In this document: positions 34,750 through 45,115 of the stretch, one piece after another
How positions within the stretch are numbered: position 1 is the stretch's first letter
Layout: every line of letters begins with the position of its first letter
Virus record (IMG/VR): IMGVR_UViG_3300046705_000096
Location: 1,348-65,347 of that record
DNA: 64,000 nucleotides
Direction: 5' to 3' (one strand)
DNA from: a virus
Taxonomy: Duplodnaviria > Caudoviricetes
Program-made: the position numbers and the translations under genes
The notes under the pieces: model-generated
Databases searched by the model: none
What the model was told of the DNA's origin: nothing
The model's input: only the letters and a program-made list of their open reading frames with translations

Positions 34750-37322
34750 TGTACTCTCCACTTCAGGTTTGCAATCATCACCATGTTCTTACCGTCCCGC
34801 TCCCGCGGGTAGTTGTCCGGCAAGCGTTTGGACACTTTCTTCTGACTCCACTGACTACGTTCATCGATTGGTAACCAGTTGATGAACCGTTCGTAAACCT
34901 CACTAAATCGCACGGAATCCCCGACCGAGTTCTCACCGAATTCCGTCAGGAACTGCAACAACGAATCCTGATTCATTTCTTCGGCGGCCCGTTTATTAGC
35001 CGTCTCAATTGCACAGAGTCGCATCCGACCGCAGTGCGCCGGTAATGTCATTCCCATCAAGGTTCGCATGAACGCTGAAGATTCCTCTCGGAGTCTTGCC
35101 ATCAACGTCGGCTTGGGGATGTCTTTAACCGGCGGTGGGACATTCAGGACGACGATCCGTGTGTCTCCGGGAAACACCGGGCAGGCGTCTCGCTTGTTTG
35201 CACACTGAATGAAGTGAAGCGTGTTCGGCTGTGGGTATGCGTCTGTCCGCATCTTGCGAATCCACAGCGTGCGACTCGTCACCCAGTCTTTGATCCTGTT
35301 GTAAATCTGCTCACCCGCGGTACTGAGGTCACGTTCTTCAACAACGGCAAGAATCGCGTTTGACAGTTCCCCGTTGAATTCTGTGTTGTTGGACAACGCT
35401 CGGTCTGCACTGCACACTCCGCGAGTCATCAACAACCCGATTGCTTCATGCAGAATTGACTTCCCGGTGTTCTGCCCGCCATACAGGAACAGATATGGCA
35501 GCGGCTCGAACGGTTCCCGCAGCATGCACGCAATCCAGAGCAGTCCGTAGTCATACCCGGTGCGTATGTTGTTGCCTTTCGCCCAACAAGATTCCTTCAG
35601 TGGCTGAGTCAGGTCTTGGAAGACATGCGATAGAACGGCGTCCCAATGTTCGTGAGGCCCGTCATCATCTGCGGGGGAAAAGGTGAATTGCGGCGCTCCG
35701 AGGTTCCACCGGCGATCGCCGGGGTACTCAGGTTGAAACGGCAAATTGACAAGGCCCCACGCGTCAACCACTGCCCCGCCCAAAATCTCTTCGGCTTCGG
35801 CTTTCTTGTGACCCAGTGAAACGAGATATGATCGAACATTGTCTTTGGATTTCCGGAACCAGCCAGTCTTCGTCTTCACTGCCCAACCGCCCTCATCGCC
35901 GCTGGATAGCACAAGGTGTCTGACAACTCCGTCGAAATCTTGTTTCGCGTCGTGTACGACAGCCCTGACTCCGAAAACGCGAGTGTACTTCCCGCGCTTC
36001 CGGACCCAGCCTTGCATCCCGTCAACTTCCTGCCCGACGACGTCGATCACGACACGTCCATCTTTTGCCGTCCGCATGACCGCGGTGTGGCCGTGGAGTG
36101 CCGGCAGTTTCACGCTGACCCCAAGTGAGGCGGCTGCCTCTTCGACCTTCCTCGGGTCGCTAAATGTGAATGTGCCCTCGTTGTCCGGGTCTTCCGTGCC
36201 TTGAAAGACGCGGCAAGCCGTTTCCAGATCGAGATCGCGGTTGTACGGGCACGACGTCCAGTCTGAGCCGTCCTGTTTCCAGAGCGGAGACTCGACGACA
36301 CCGGGGGAGAACCGGTAGACCAGCCACGACCCGCCCGGCTCAGGGAAGAGGAATGAATTCGGCGATCCGGGGTCTCCCCCACTGGACAACGTCTCGAATC
36401 GACCCCGCAGTCCGAGGTCTTCGTGGACTTTCTTCAGCGCAGATGTATGTGTCTGAAGCAAGTGATGGTCGGCAACCCAGATCGTTGAGAACCCTGTCAC
36501 CATCAAAGCGTCGATAACCGCATGATGCTCAGCGTCCAGAACCGTCGCCGGCCGAGAGTTTGCAAGTTGTTCGAAGGTGTCGTTAGCTCCGACGAGACGG
36601 ACCTTCGACCGCCGCCGGGCGACAACCTCAAGGTGGTCACGCCAGTTCAGAGGCAAGTCAGCTTCGGTCAACACCTGCGTTGACGCCTTGATGAGAGCAA
36701 GTCCGCCGGCATCCCATGCTTTTCTATGCCAGAACCACATATTTCCGCCACAAGCATCGACCTGCGCGGCGAAATCGAATCCCGACTCGCTCGACAACAT
36801 TCCGAGCACGGCACGGGCTAGAGCCGCGTGCTCGTTGTGGTTGGTCGTGGGAATGGCATCCAGCAAGACATACAGGTGGATGCCGCCGCCGCCTGTGGAT
36901 CGTCGAACTTCGACGAACGGGAAGTCCGACGCGACAGCCTGCACATTCCGCAGTTCCGAGTCGGTGATCCCGATGCCCGCGGCGTGCCCAGTGATGGTGT
37001 CAAAATCGAAACCGACCCAACGGCTGACACGATCTCTCCAATCCCAACCGGTCGAGCCAATGGCTTCGACGTAGAGGTCAAGCGGGAAGCGGATGGTCCA
37101 ATCGCTGAACTCCGGGTCGCTGCTGGCTTTACGGGGTATTCGGAAATTGTACCACTCGGTGATCCCATCCGACCAAGTATTCCGCTTCCCATCGACAGGC
37201 TCCCCGTCGCCGGCCAACACGTTGACCTGCGTTTCGAGGTCGATAGACCACCGGTCGAGCATCGCGGGGTCGTGATGCTCTTGATTTCGGATGAAGCTGG
37301 TGAGAGATTCGCTAACTCGCAT
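34746..37322 (-). CDS. primase-helicase (AEP-like N-terminus plus SF3/D5-like P-loop)
   Basis: RRSTGGGGIHLY primase-type motif; GGQNTGKS Walker A; VEE Walker B; CAN sensor. Confidence 0.85.
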   Translation of the reverse strand: MRVSESLTSFIRNQEHHDPAMLDRWSIDLETQVNVLAGDGEPVDGKRNTWSDGITEWYNFRIPRKASSDPEFSDWTIRFPLDLYVEAIGSTGWDWRDRVSRWVGFDFDTITGHAAGIGITDSELRNVQAVASDFPFVEVRRSTGGGGIHLYVLLDAIPTTNHNEHAALARAVLGMLSSESGFDFAAQVDACGGNMWFWHRKAWDAGGLALIKASTQVLTEADLPLNWRDHLEVVARRRSKVRLVGANDTFEQLANSRPATVLDAEHHAVIDALMVTGFSTIWVADHHLLQTHTSALKKVHEDLGLRGRFETLSSGGDPGSPNSFLFPEPGGSWLVYRFSPGVVESPLWKQDGSDWTSCPYNRDLDLETACRVFQGTEDPDNEGTFTFSDPRKVEEAAASLGVSVKLPALHGHTAVMRTAKDGRVVIDVVGQEVDGMQGWVRKRGKYTRVFGVRAVVHDAKQDFDGVVRHLVLSSGDEGGWAVKTKTGWFRKSKDNVRSYLVSLGHKKAEAEEILGGAVVDAWGLVNLPFQPEYPGDRRWNLGAPQFTFSPADDDGPHEHWDAVLSHVFQDLTQPLKESCWAKGNNIRTGYDYGLLWIACMLREPFEPLPYLFLYGGQNTGKSILHEAIGLLMTRGVCSADRALSNNTEFNGELSNAILAVVEERDLSTAGEQIYNRIKDWVTSRTLWIRKMRTDAYPQPNTLHFIQCANKRDACPVFPGDTRIVVLNVPPPVKDIPKPTLMARLREESSAFMRTLMGMTLPAHCGRMRLCAIETANKRAAEEMNQDSLLQFLTEFGENSVGDSVRFSEVYERFINWLPIDERSQWSQKKVSKRLPDNYPRERDGKNMVMIANLKWRVQ

Positions 37323-37348
37323 GCCCCCAGTACACGAGTCACGGGCAA
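37320..37348 (-). promoter_or_regulatory. putative leaderless phage promoter, copy 1 (primase)
   Basis: - strand TTGCC-cgtgactc-GTGTACT-gg-GGGC-ATG. Confidence 0.7.
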
Positions 37349-37383
37349 ATCTGCGCGTGATTCTGGGAAATTCTTGAAAGTTC

Positions 37384-37502
37384 CGGACGATCGGATGATT
37401 TCCCTACTATCCGTGTATGGGCTTTGTAGAGGTCTACAAAAAGGTCTTATACAAAGAAAAATAGGGAAATGGTCCGATCGTCCGCGCGACGCGTCGATCG
37501 AC
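37384..37502. repeat. dyad element copy B (candidate origin or recombination site)
   Basis: 23-bp inverted arms 37384-37406 and 37462-37484 (21/23 match) around a 55-bp spacer containing the TTTGTAGA-GG-TCTACAAA dyad. Confidence 0.85.
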
Positions 37503-37567
37503 GTAAGCAAATGATGACACTTCAACTAACAACGAATCTGAAAATCTGCTGACTTTTGCTAACAGAT

Positions 37568-37596
37568 TTGCCGACTGGGCGTGTACTGTGGGCATG
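37568..37596 (+). promoter_or_regulatory. putative leaderless phage promoter, copy 2 (ParB-like)
   Basis: TTGCC-gactgggc-GTGTACT-gt-GGGC-ATG. Confidence 0.7.
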
Positions 37597-38427
37597 CAGA
37601 TCGCCGTCGCAAACATTCGAGACCCAAAAGTTCTGCTGAGAACGGTAGACACCGGGTCGGTCGAGTTTCAGGAACTGATGGACTCGATTCACGATCGGGG
37701 GGTATTGAAACCTTTACTGGTCCGCCCATTTGGAGCTTTCTACGAACTGATCGACGGGATGCACCGCCTGATGGCTGTGCGGATGCTTGATCTTCTCACC
37801 GTCGATGTCAAGGTCATCGACTGCGACGACAACGACGCTCTACTTCTCCAACTGCAAGCAAACGCGATTCAGGTGCCGACGTCTCCGGTCGATTATGCGA
37901 GGCGGCTACGTCACCACATGGACCTCAACCCGACGCTGACGTTGTCGGGCTTAGCACGCGTCCTCAACAAGAGTACGCAGTGGGTCCGACAGATTCTCGG
38001 CCTACTCGGCCTCTCAGAGGATGCCCGTAAAGCCGTCGAGCGGGGCGAGATTTCCCTGCGGTCGGCCTACGAACTGCGAAAGCTGCCGCACCCCGATCAA
38101 GATCGGTGGTTGCCGCGGGCGGTTGTTTGCAGTGCGAAGCAATTCGTCGCCGAGATCGCTCCCGCTGTCCGTGCCTACGTCAACGGCCGGCAGCAGGGGC
38201 GATACGTTCGAACGAGTGGTGAGCCGAAGGCGTACCTTCGGTCTTTGAAAGAAATCCAACACGAATTGGAGAACGAAAATGAAGCGTCTGCTGTAATCAC
38301 CGTTGAGGGAGCAAAGAACTCGTTGGACGGATTCAAAGCAGCCCTCAAATGGGTACTGCACCTTGACAACTTCACTATCAGGAAACGCAATGAGCAAAAC
38401 CGCAACGAAACCGAAAGGGACGGCTGA
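37594..38427 (+). CDS. ParB/RepB/Spo0J-family protein 1
   Basis: ELMDSIHDRGVLKPLLVRP...LIDGMHRL ParB N-domain; HTH LSGLARVLNKSTQWV. Confidence 0.9.
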   Translation: MQIAVANIRDPKVLLRTVDTGSVEFQELMDSIHDRGVLKPLLVRPFGAFYELIDGMHRLMAVRMLDLLTVDVKVIDCDDNDALLLQLQANAIQVPTSPVDYARRLRHHMDLNPTLTLSGLARVLNKSTQWVRQILGLLGLSEDARKAVERGEISLRSAYELRKLPHPDQDRWLPRAVVCSAKQFVAEIAPAVRAYVNGRQQGRYVRTSGEPKAYLRSLKEIQHELENENEASAVITVEGAKNSLDGFKAALKWVLHLDNFTIRKRNEQNRNETERDG

Positions 38428-39097
38428 GCCGGAGACCGGCCTAACCGTCGCATCCTTGACCAACCTGCCTTCGACTGAATTCGCATCCAGCGATTACGAC
38501 GACCTGTCGAAACGCACCGAGTTCCTCGGCCGCGTGCAACTGTACTCGAAGGGCGAGGCTATCGACACCGGCAAGGTCCGTCCGGGTCACTATGGCATCC
38601 CCGAGAGCAAAGAGAAGATCATCGAACTCGGCAACAGCATCGACATCCTCGTCCTTGCTCGCCGACCGAAAGCGATGGACTTGTCCGACATCAAAGACAT
38701 CGTTACGGTCTATGACTCGGGCGATCCCGAGTTCCAGCGGATCAAAGAGACGTCGAGCAAATCGAACTCCGGCTGCATGTACGGCGTGTCGTTTCTGGTC
38801 TGCGAGCGCTCGACGGGTCGCTTCCTCGAACTGTTCTTTGGCGGCAAGTCGAGTCGCCCGGTCGCCGCGGAAGTCTATCCGTACATGCCGGCCGAGGACA
38901 AGGCTCCGCAGCCTTTGACGCTCAAGTCCAAGCTGGTCAAGAACAAAGCCGGCAACACGTGGTTCGTCCCCGTGGTCGTCCCGTGTTCTACGCCGATCGA
39001 CATCGACGCCGCCAAGGCAATCGATGAGATCAACAAATTCATCAACCCGCCGAAGACGGAAGTCGTCGAACAGCCGGCCAACCAGCGGACTCGATAA
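38390..39097 (+). CDS. putative ssDNA-binding or annealing protein
   Basis: beta-rich, KNKAGNTWFVP near the C-terminus, replication context; family uncertain. Confidence 0.45.
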   Translation: MSKTATKPKGTAEPETGLTVASLTNLPSTEFASSDYDDLSKRTEFLGRVQLYSKGEAIDTGKVRPGHYGIPESKEKIIELGNSIDILVLARRPKAMDLSDIKDIVTVYDSGDPEFQRIKETSSKSNSGCMYGVSFLVCERSTGRFLELFFGGKSSRPVAAEVYPYMPAEDKAPQPLTLKSKLVKNKAGNTWFVPVVVPCSTPIDIDAAKAIDEINKFINPPKTEVVEQPANQRTR

Positions 39098-39099
39098 CC

Positions 39100-39522
39100 G
39101 TGCAAGCTCTACTCATTCAATCGCCGCGCGTTGATTTCGCGAAATTCCTGCAAACGTGCGAGAAGTTGTTACCTCATCGCCCGGCCGCACTCTCTGATGC
39201 GAGTCCCCGGCGATTGAGTGAGTTGGAGCGATGGCTTTCTTGTCTGGCCGGCTTCCGTGCGACAGACGACATCGAGTCTGACGTTGCTAGGCACGCGATG
39301 CTCAGTGTTTTGATCTGGGCACCGCACGATCAACTGCGGGAATTCGTCGAGTTGTGCGGCCTGCCGCACATCACGACGCACACGGTGAACTTCGCATTCA
39401 GCGCGGCCGTTGTCAGCGGAACGTTGTACCACTGGCAGCGGTTGACGGTCGATCGTCCTCATTTGCAACCCCTCGTCGATGACATTCACGCACAATTCAA
39501 GCTCGCCGGGGTGCCGTTGTGA
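39100..39522 (+). CDS. hypothetical protein (faint ThyX-like pattern)
   Basis: H..LSVLI...VVSGTL..W; lacks RHR, so unlikely to be an active ThyX. Confidence 0.5.
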   Translation: MQALLIQSPRVDFAKFLQTCEKLLPHRPAALSDASPRRLSELERWLSCLAGFRATDDIESDVARHAMLSVLIWAPHDQLREFVELCGLPHITTHTVNFAFSAAVVSGTLYHWQRLTVDRPHLQPLVDDIHAQFKLAGVPL

Positions 39523-39631
39523 AACTGATTCTCTTCGACCTGCTCACCGTCGCGTTCCTTATTTCGATTCCGGCCGCCGGAGTCTTGTCCGTCGTCTGGT
39601 TGTCCGCCCTCATTCACGACAGGTTGTTCAA

Positions 39632-39853
39632 ATGACAAAGCCTAACCCTGATGATTACGCAGCCCTTAACACCACGTGGTTGCCGAGCATTGTGCAAACC
39701 CTTCAAGCTGCGGAAGAGATGAACAAGGTGCAAACCGAGTTCTTTATGGAGTTTGACGAAATTCGACTTTGGCACGGTGACGGGTGGAGTCCCGGATTCA
39801 TCGTAACCCGTGATGACGAGTTCGTGTTCGTACCGGATTACAAAGATCGATGA
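39632..39853 (+). CDS. hypothetical protein
   Basis: ATG 39632; ATGA overlap with the helicase gene. Confidence 0.55.
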   Translation: MTKPNPDDYAALNTTWLPSIVQTLQAAEEMNKVQTEFFMEFDEIRLWHGDGWSPGFIVTRDDEFVFVPDYKDR

Positions 39854-41730
39854 TCGAACAGACCCACTTCATCCTGCCCAGCGGAAAGCGTTACCGGAAG
39901 CACCCGGTCACGCTCCGACACGACGGCGACCAAATCTGGTTCGTCGAGTCGCCCTTCGCGTTGAAGGATGAGATCAAGGCAATGCAGGGTGCGAAGTGGC
40001 ATGGCTTCGACGACGACCCAATCAAGCAGTGGTCGATCAAGGATACGCCGCGGAACCGGTTCAACCTCGGCTACCTCAAAGGCGAGAATGTCTACGAGTG
40101 GTTTGACCGACGTGTTGAAGATCGAGGGTTCTCAGACTTCGGCGGTGAATTCAGTCTGATGCCGCATCAGATAGAGATGGCGAGTTCGGCACTCACCCAC
40201 CACTACCAAATTTGGGCAGTGGAAATGGGCGCGGGAAAATCTGCCGCAGCGCAAGCAGTAATCGAGAAATCGGGTAAGCGTAATTGGCTCTGGGTCGGAC
40301 CAAAGAATACGCTACCGACTATTCAATTCGAGTTCGAGAAGTTTTCGTTCCCCTTTTCAAATTTCAACGTCCGATTCATCAGCTTCGAACAACTCGTCAA
40401 GGCCATTGCTGAAGGTCTTGAGACGCCTGACGGGATGATCGTTGACGAAGCGTCAAAGGTCAAGACAGCAACGGCCCAGCGTTCGAAGGCTGTGCAGAGC
40501 GTGGCGGACCGCATCCGCGACAAACACGGTTACGACGGGTTTGTTATCCTGATGACCGGTACGCCGGCAACGAAATCACCGACTCATTGGTGGAAGCAAT
40601 GCGAAATCGCGTGGCCGGGGTTCCTGCGTGAGGGGAGTCCGCAGTCGTTGGAGAAGCGACTGGCATTCATGGTTGCGGAAGAGTATGCGGCCGGCGTCTT
40701 CAACAAGCGGGTCGGATGGCGAGACGACGAGCGGAAGTGCAACGTCTGTGGCAAGTTAAGCGCCGAACATACAATTCCAAACGTGCCGGCGAGTAAATGT
40801 GCGTCTGTTGGACCGGACGAACATTACTTTGAACCGTCTGTCAACGAGATTGCCTTACTGTACGAGCGCCTGAAGGGACTCGTAATCATCAAGAACAAGA
40901 AAGACTGCATCTCGCTCCCGGACAAGCGATACCGCACCATCCGGTGCAAGCCGTCGTCGTCTATTCTCCGTGCCGCGAAGACTTTGGCAGATTCCGCCCC
41001 GAACACCATCACTGGCTTGACATGGCTGCGTGAACTCTCAGACGGGTTCCTATACCGAGATGAGAAAGACGGCGTCCAGAAGTGTGACCACTGCACCGAA
41101 GGTAAGGCATTGGACTGGCAGCGAATTGACGGTGAGTTCGAGCAGGTCGAAATCACCTGCCCGAAGTGTAACGGGGCAATGGAAGTACCGCGGGTTGTTC
41201 GGGTCTCGAAAGAAATCCCCTGTCCGAAGATCGACGAACTCAAGAACCTGTTGCTTGAGTGCGACGAGACGGGGCGGATTGTGATCTTTGCAGGCTTCAC
41301 CGGCTCGATCGACCGAATCACCGCCGAAGTGCTGAAAGCCGGCTGGGACGTCTGGCGGTGCGACGGGCGGGGTCAATCGATCACGACCAAAGACGGTCAG
41401 TTGAGTCTCGACCCCCTTCGGTATTGGAAGAATTGGGACAATCCGCGGGTTGCATTTGTCGCCCACCCGAAGTCGGGCGGATACGGACTGACGTTGACCG
41501 AGTCTCGAATGGCGGTGTTCTACAGCAACGTCCATGAGAGTGAGGTCCGGGTGCAAGCCGAAGATCGGATTCACAGGAAAGGGATGGACGAGAATCTGGG
41601 TTGCGAGATCGTGGACTTGATTCACCTACCAACCGACGAGCGTGTGTTGGAGATCGTCCGAGAGGACCGAAGGATTGAAATGATGACTATGGGCGAGATC
41701 ACCAAAGACATCGATTGGGAGAGTGAATAA
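39850..41730 (+). CDS. SF2 (SNF2-like) helicase
   Basis: VEMGAGKS, IVDEAS, MTGTP, GGYGLTL and QAEDRIHRKG motifs. Confidence 0.9.
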   Translation: MIEQTHFILPSGKRYRKHPVTLRHDGDQIWFVESPFALKDEIKAMQGAKWHGFDDDPIKQWSIKDTPRNRFNLGYLKGENVYEWFDRRVEDRGFSDFGGEFSLMPHQIEMASSALTHHYQIWAVEMGAGKSAAAQAVIEKSGKRNWLWVGPKNTLPTIQFEFEKFSFPFSNFNVRFISFEQLVKAIAEGLETPDGMIVDEASKVKTATAQRSKAVQSVADRIRDKHGYDGFVILMTGTPATKSPTHWWKQCEIAWPGFLREGSPQSLEKRLAFMVAEEYAAGVFNKRVGWRDDERKCNVCGKLSAEHTIPNVPASKCASVGPDEHYFEPSVNEIALLYERLKGLVIIKNKKDCISLPDKRYRTIRCKPSSSILRAAKTLADSAPNTITGLTWLRELSDGFLYRDEKDGVQKCDHCTEGKALDWQRIDGEFEQVEITCPKCNGAMEVPRVVRVSKEIPCPKIDELKNLLLECDETGRIVIFAGFTGSIDRITAEVLKAGWDVWRCDGRGQSITTKDGQLSLDPLRYWKNWDNPRVAFVAHPKSGGYGLTLTESRMAVFYSNVHESEVRVQAEDRIHRKGMDENLGCEIVDLIHLPTDERVLEIVREDRRIEMMTMGEITKDIDWESE

Positions 41731-42005
41731 TGGACGAACACCGCGGACACCCAATCGAGAAGTGTTATGGTCGCTGGGTCTATTCAGACACCAGAGTACC
41801 TGTCGAACGTCAGAAGAACAGAGTCACTCACCTGATGCACGCGTGCCAAATCATCGGATACAAGCACCCCGATCTAACAATCGCCCAGTGCTTCGAAGAT
41901 TGCTACAACGAATTCTGCCGGAAGACACACGTATTCCCCGAATCGGAAGGGGCACTCGACAACCGGCTGAACGCTGAAGAGTCCGTTTTCAAATCCCAAC
42001 AGTAA
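41730..42005 (+). CDS. hypothetical protein
   Basis: 91 aa, stop-start coupled. Confidence 0.55.
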   Translation: MDEHRGHPIEKCYGRWVYSDTRVPVERQKNRVTHLMHACQIIGYKHPDLTIAQCFEDCYNEFCRKTHVFPESEGALDNRLNAEESVFKSQQ

Positions 42006-42014
42006 GAGGTTGAC

Positions 42015-42806
42015 ATGAAGAGACGACGAGCATTGGTATTCGCGTTGTGCGCGATGGCGATTGCAACTGCGTTTGTGACCGCCAGAGTGATGTACCCGCC
42101 CAAGACGAAGACGGTGATTGAAGAACTGCATAACGCAAGTGTGGTCATTCGAACCAATGGCTCAACCGGGAGCGGCACGATCTTCAATCGCGGCGGTCGG
42201 TCATTTGTATGGACGGCAGGGCACGTTGTTGACGGTGGGATCGATGGCGTCACTGTGATCCACGGCATCGATAAGTACAAGGCCCGTGTCATCAGATACA
42301 GCAGCATCGGCAACGGCCGTGACCTTGCACTGCTTGAAGTGGACGGCTTCATTGAATGCAAGCCGATCCACTTTCGAAAGTCAGACGTAAAGATTGGGAT
42401 GCTGGTGACGCACATCGGAAGCATCTTCGGAACAGAGAACGAACGCAGCGTCAGTCGGGGAACAGTTGCGTCACCATCCCGGTTTTTTCGAATCGGCCAA
42501 GCTCACAACTGGTTTGACCAGTACGACATCACGGCGTACCCCGGATGTTCTGGCGGCGGACTTTTCAGCGGCGATCAGTACGTCGGAATGCTCACGCTCG
42601 GACGCCGCGGCACTGAGGCAGTCCACTTCTGCGTCCCGTCGAGTGAGATCGTGAAGTGGGCAATCGCTGCCGGCGTCCCGTGGGCTGTCGATTACACGTC
42701 GCCCGTTCCCTCGGAGATCATCCCACTGTTCGAGCGGAGTGACACGACCTTCGGGAAGAGTCGTAACCTTTCGTGCGGATTCAAAACTATGATCGGGAAG
42801 AAATGA
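42015..42806 (+). CDS. exported trypsin-like serine protease
   Basis: Signal or TM N-terminus; TAGH, DLALL and PGCSGG give a full His-Asp-Ser triad. Confidence 0.9.
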   Translation: MKRRRALVFALCAMAIATAFVTARVMYPPKTKTVIEELHNASVVIRTNGSTGSGTIFNRGGRSFVWTAGHVVDGGIDGVTVIHGIDKYKARVIRYSSIGNGRDLALLEVDGFIECKPIHFRKSDVKIGMLVTHIGSIFGTENERSVSRGTVASPSRFFRIGQAHNWFDQYDITAYPGCSGGGLFSGDQYVGMLTLGRRGTEAVHFCVPSSEIVKWAIAAGVPWAVDYTSPVPSEIIPLFERSDTTFGKSRNLSCGFKTMIGKK

Positions 42807-42985
42807 TCCAACACCTGTTGTTTTGGCCTCAATCGGTCAACCGCTGCTATGCTCCGTGGTGGGTTGTTCTTTGGCGTATTCCGTTTTGGGTGATCGTCAA
42901 ACTGCTGCGGTTTGTCTTGTGCTCAGTTTGTTTTGCCGGGTGGGGGCCAACGTCCTTCGCCCGAATGTGGAGAGGCACTAAATGA
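42803..42985 (+). CDS. small membrane protein
   Basis: Hydrophobic, Trp-rich, ATGA coupled. Confidence 0.5.
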   Translation: MIQHLLFWPQSVNRCYAPWWVVLWRIPFWVIVKLLRFVLCSVCFAGWGPTSFARMWRGTK

Positions 42986-43839
42986 AGTACCCAGCGGAAA
43001 CCATTGCTGCCGTCAAGCGGAGTCTATCCGCGACGAACGGTAAGCGACAAGAGCAGATTGCCGCGGAGCATTGCGTGAGCCGGTCGTTAGTCTCCGATAT
43101 CTGGACCGGCCGCTGCCATGCGGATGAGATGTCTCGCACCACTCTGCACCCTGACGCGTCGTCGCGAGTTCTCGTGATCGGCGACACGCACTGCCCCGGT
43201 ATGCGGAAAGGGTACATCGATTTCCTGAAGCGGATCGCTGATGGTTACTCAGTCAATCGGGTCGTCCATATCGGTGACCTCGTTGACTGGGCGTCGATCT
43301 CGTACCACGAAAAGATGCCAACCCTCAGCAACGCGTCGGCTGAGTACAAGAAAGCCAAAAAACAGGTTTCGAAGCTGGTGAAGGCGTTCCCGCAAGCCGA
43401 CTGGCTGATCGGCAACCACGACGCGCTGACATCGCGACAAGCTCACACCGCGGGCCTTCCAACGGAAATCCTGCGGGACTATGGAGACCTCTGGGACGTC
43501 CCTTGGACGGTCCATCCTCGGTTCGCCAAGCTGACCATCGACAACGTGATTTACTCCCACGGTGACAGTGGAGCCGCCGGAAAGGGGGCAGCGTTCCGGC
43601 AGGCCAAAGACAACTTCCGCTCGACGGTGATCGGCCACTTTCATTCGCAGGCGGGGGTCAACTGGTGGGCCAACCCAGAGTATCGCGTCTTCAGCATGTC
43701 GGTCGGCTGCGGTATTGACGCCGCAAAGCTGCAATTCGAGTACGGCCGGAAGTTCCCGTCGAAGCCGATTCTGGGATGCGGAGTCGTGATCGACGGTCGC
43801 AAGGCTTACTTCGAACCGTGGCTCTTGAAAAGCAGGTGA
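42982..43839 (+). CDS. HTH plus calcineurin-like metallophosphoesterase
   Basis: QIAAEHCVSRSLVSDI HTH; GDTH, GDLVD, GNHD, HGD and GHFH motifs. Confidence 0.85.
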   Translation: MKYPAETIAAVKRSLSATNGKRQEQIAAEHCVSRSLVSDIWTGRCHADEMSRTTLHPDASSRVLVIGDTHCPGMRKGYIDFLKRIADGYSVNRVVHIGDLVDWASISYHEKMPTLSNASAEYKKAKKQVSKLVKAFPQADWLIGNHDALTSRQAHTAGLPTEILRDYGDLWDVPWTVHPRFAKLTIDNVIYSHGDSGAAGKGAAFRQAKDNFRSTVIGHFHSQAGVNWWANPEYRVFSMSVGCGIDAAKLQFEYGRKFPSKPILGCGVVIDGRKAYFEPWLLKSR

Positions 43840-43843
43840 ATGT

Positions 43844-44050
43844 GTGAACCAAAGACAGTCCGTACTACAAGCCCTGACCGAAGCTGGCGACAAGGGTCTG
43901 TCGATGGACGAACTCATTACCGAAGTCGCCGCTCTCACGGGGAATACACCGACTGTCGGGAGCGTGTTCGTTGCCGTCGCAAAACTGAGAATCCATGATG
44001 AGTACACGATCCCACTCTACGACGGGCGATACCGAATCACGCCTGACTGA
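43844..44050 (+). CDS. small winged-helix protein
   Basis: GLSMDELITEV...SVFVAVAKLR...GRYRI. Confidence 0.55.
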   Translation: MNQRQSVLQALTEAGDKGLSMDELITEVAALTGNTPTVGSVFVAVAKLRIHDEYTIPLYDGRYRITPD

Positions 44051-44828
44051 GTATGACGCGATCCCGATTCCGGTCACGGAGATTTACTTCGACAGTGCGT
44101 TCAATTGCCGCGGAGCGTTCACGCCCGACTCTGTCCGAGAACTTGCGGACTCAATCAGAAATACCAGACTTCAGCAGCCGATTGTTGTGCAACCGGCTGC
44201 TGAAGTCATCTCCATACCCGAGGGCTATGGATATCGGCTCGTCTGTGGTCATCGCCGGTTCATCGCCGTCACGCTGTTCCTGAAGTGGGAGACGATCCCC
44301 GCGATTGTCCGAACCGGGCTGGACGAGTTGGCCGCCCGTATCGACAACCTCAAAGAGAATCTTGACCGCGTCTCCCTGAACCCGCTTGAGGAAGCTCGCG
44401 CGATTGACGCAGCGTTCTCGGGCCAGTCGAACTACGCCGTCGCCAAGCAACTCAACCGATCGACCGGGTGGGTTTCGGATCGTAGGGCCTTGTTGACTTT
44501 GCCCGACACGTTGCAGCAGCAGGCCGCGGCCGGCTACTTCACGTGGCGGGACATCCGAGACATCAGCGTGGCTGATAATCCGATTATTTTTGCACAAAAG
44601 ATACATTCGGTGCGCAGAAAAGACAAGTCGGCGTGTACCAAGGGTCGTAAGGCAGCCACGCGGACGCGGCCGGAAATCAAGTCGATGATCGATGCGTTGA
44701 TCCGACTGAACATGGATGGCTTTGTCACACGGTTGTTGGCATGGTCTGCCGGCTGGTTGAGCACCGAGGAAGTGATGAGCGAAGCCCATGCAATCCACAA
44801 ACGGCGAAAAGGTAGTGCTCGAAATTGA
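43995..44828 (+). CDS. ParB/RepB/Spo0J-family protein 2 (start uncertain)
   Basis: ELADSIR...QQPIVVQP...LVCGHRR...ENLDRVSLNPLEEA; HTH. Confidence 0.9.
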   Translation: MMSTRSHSTTGDTESRLTEYDAIPIPVTEIYFDSAFNCRGAFTPDSVRELADSIRNTRLQQPIVVQPAAEVISIPEGYGYRLVCGHRRFIAVTLFLKWETIPAIVRTGLDELAARIDNLKENLDRVSLNPLEEARAIDAAFSGQSNYAVAKQLNRSTGWVSDRRALLTLPDTLQQQAAAGYFTWRDIRDISVADNPIIFAQKIHSVRRKDKSACTKGRKAATRTRPEIKSMIDALIRLNMDGFVTRLLAWSAGWLSTEEVMSEAHAIHKRRKGSARN

Positions 44829-45115
44829 CAAGAAGCGAGTCATTCGATGGATACGGTACGACGCAATTGAATACCCGATTGTCTCGCTTCCCGTTCTTCC
44901 GGGAGACATCGTGATATTCACACCCCCGCAACCCACAAACGACGACGCGACATGCTGACACTTTTGAACTACCTCATCGACGCCGTGCTGGCGATTTGGT
45001 TTGGGATGATTATCGCTGTGATCGCCTTTGGCGTTCCACTCAGTGTTGGTTTCCTACTGAGTCACCTGCTCCTCAAACTCTACCGAAAGATCAAACCGGA
45101 CCAAAGGCCGCCACT

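Noticed and set aside
39100-39522. ThyX thymidylate synthase
   Set aside because: Lacks the RHRxxxxxxxSxR signature and is too short.
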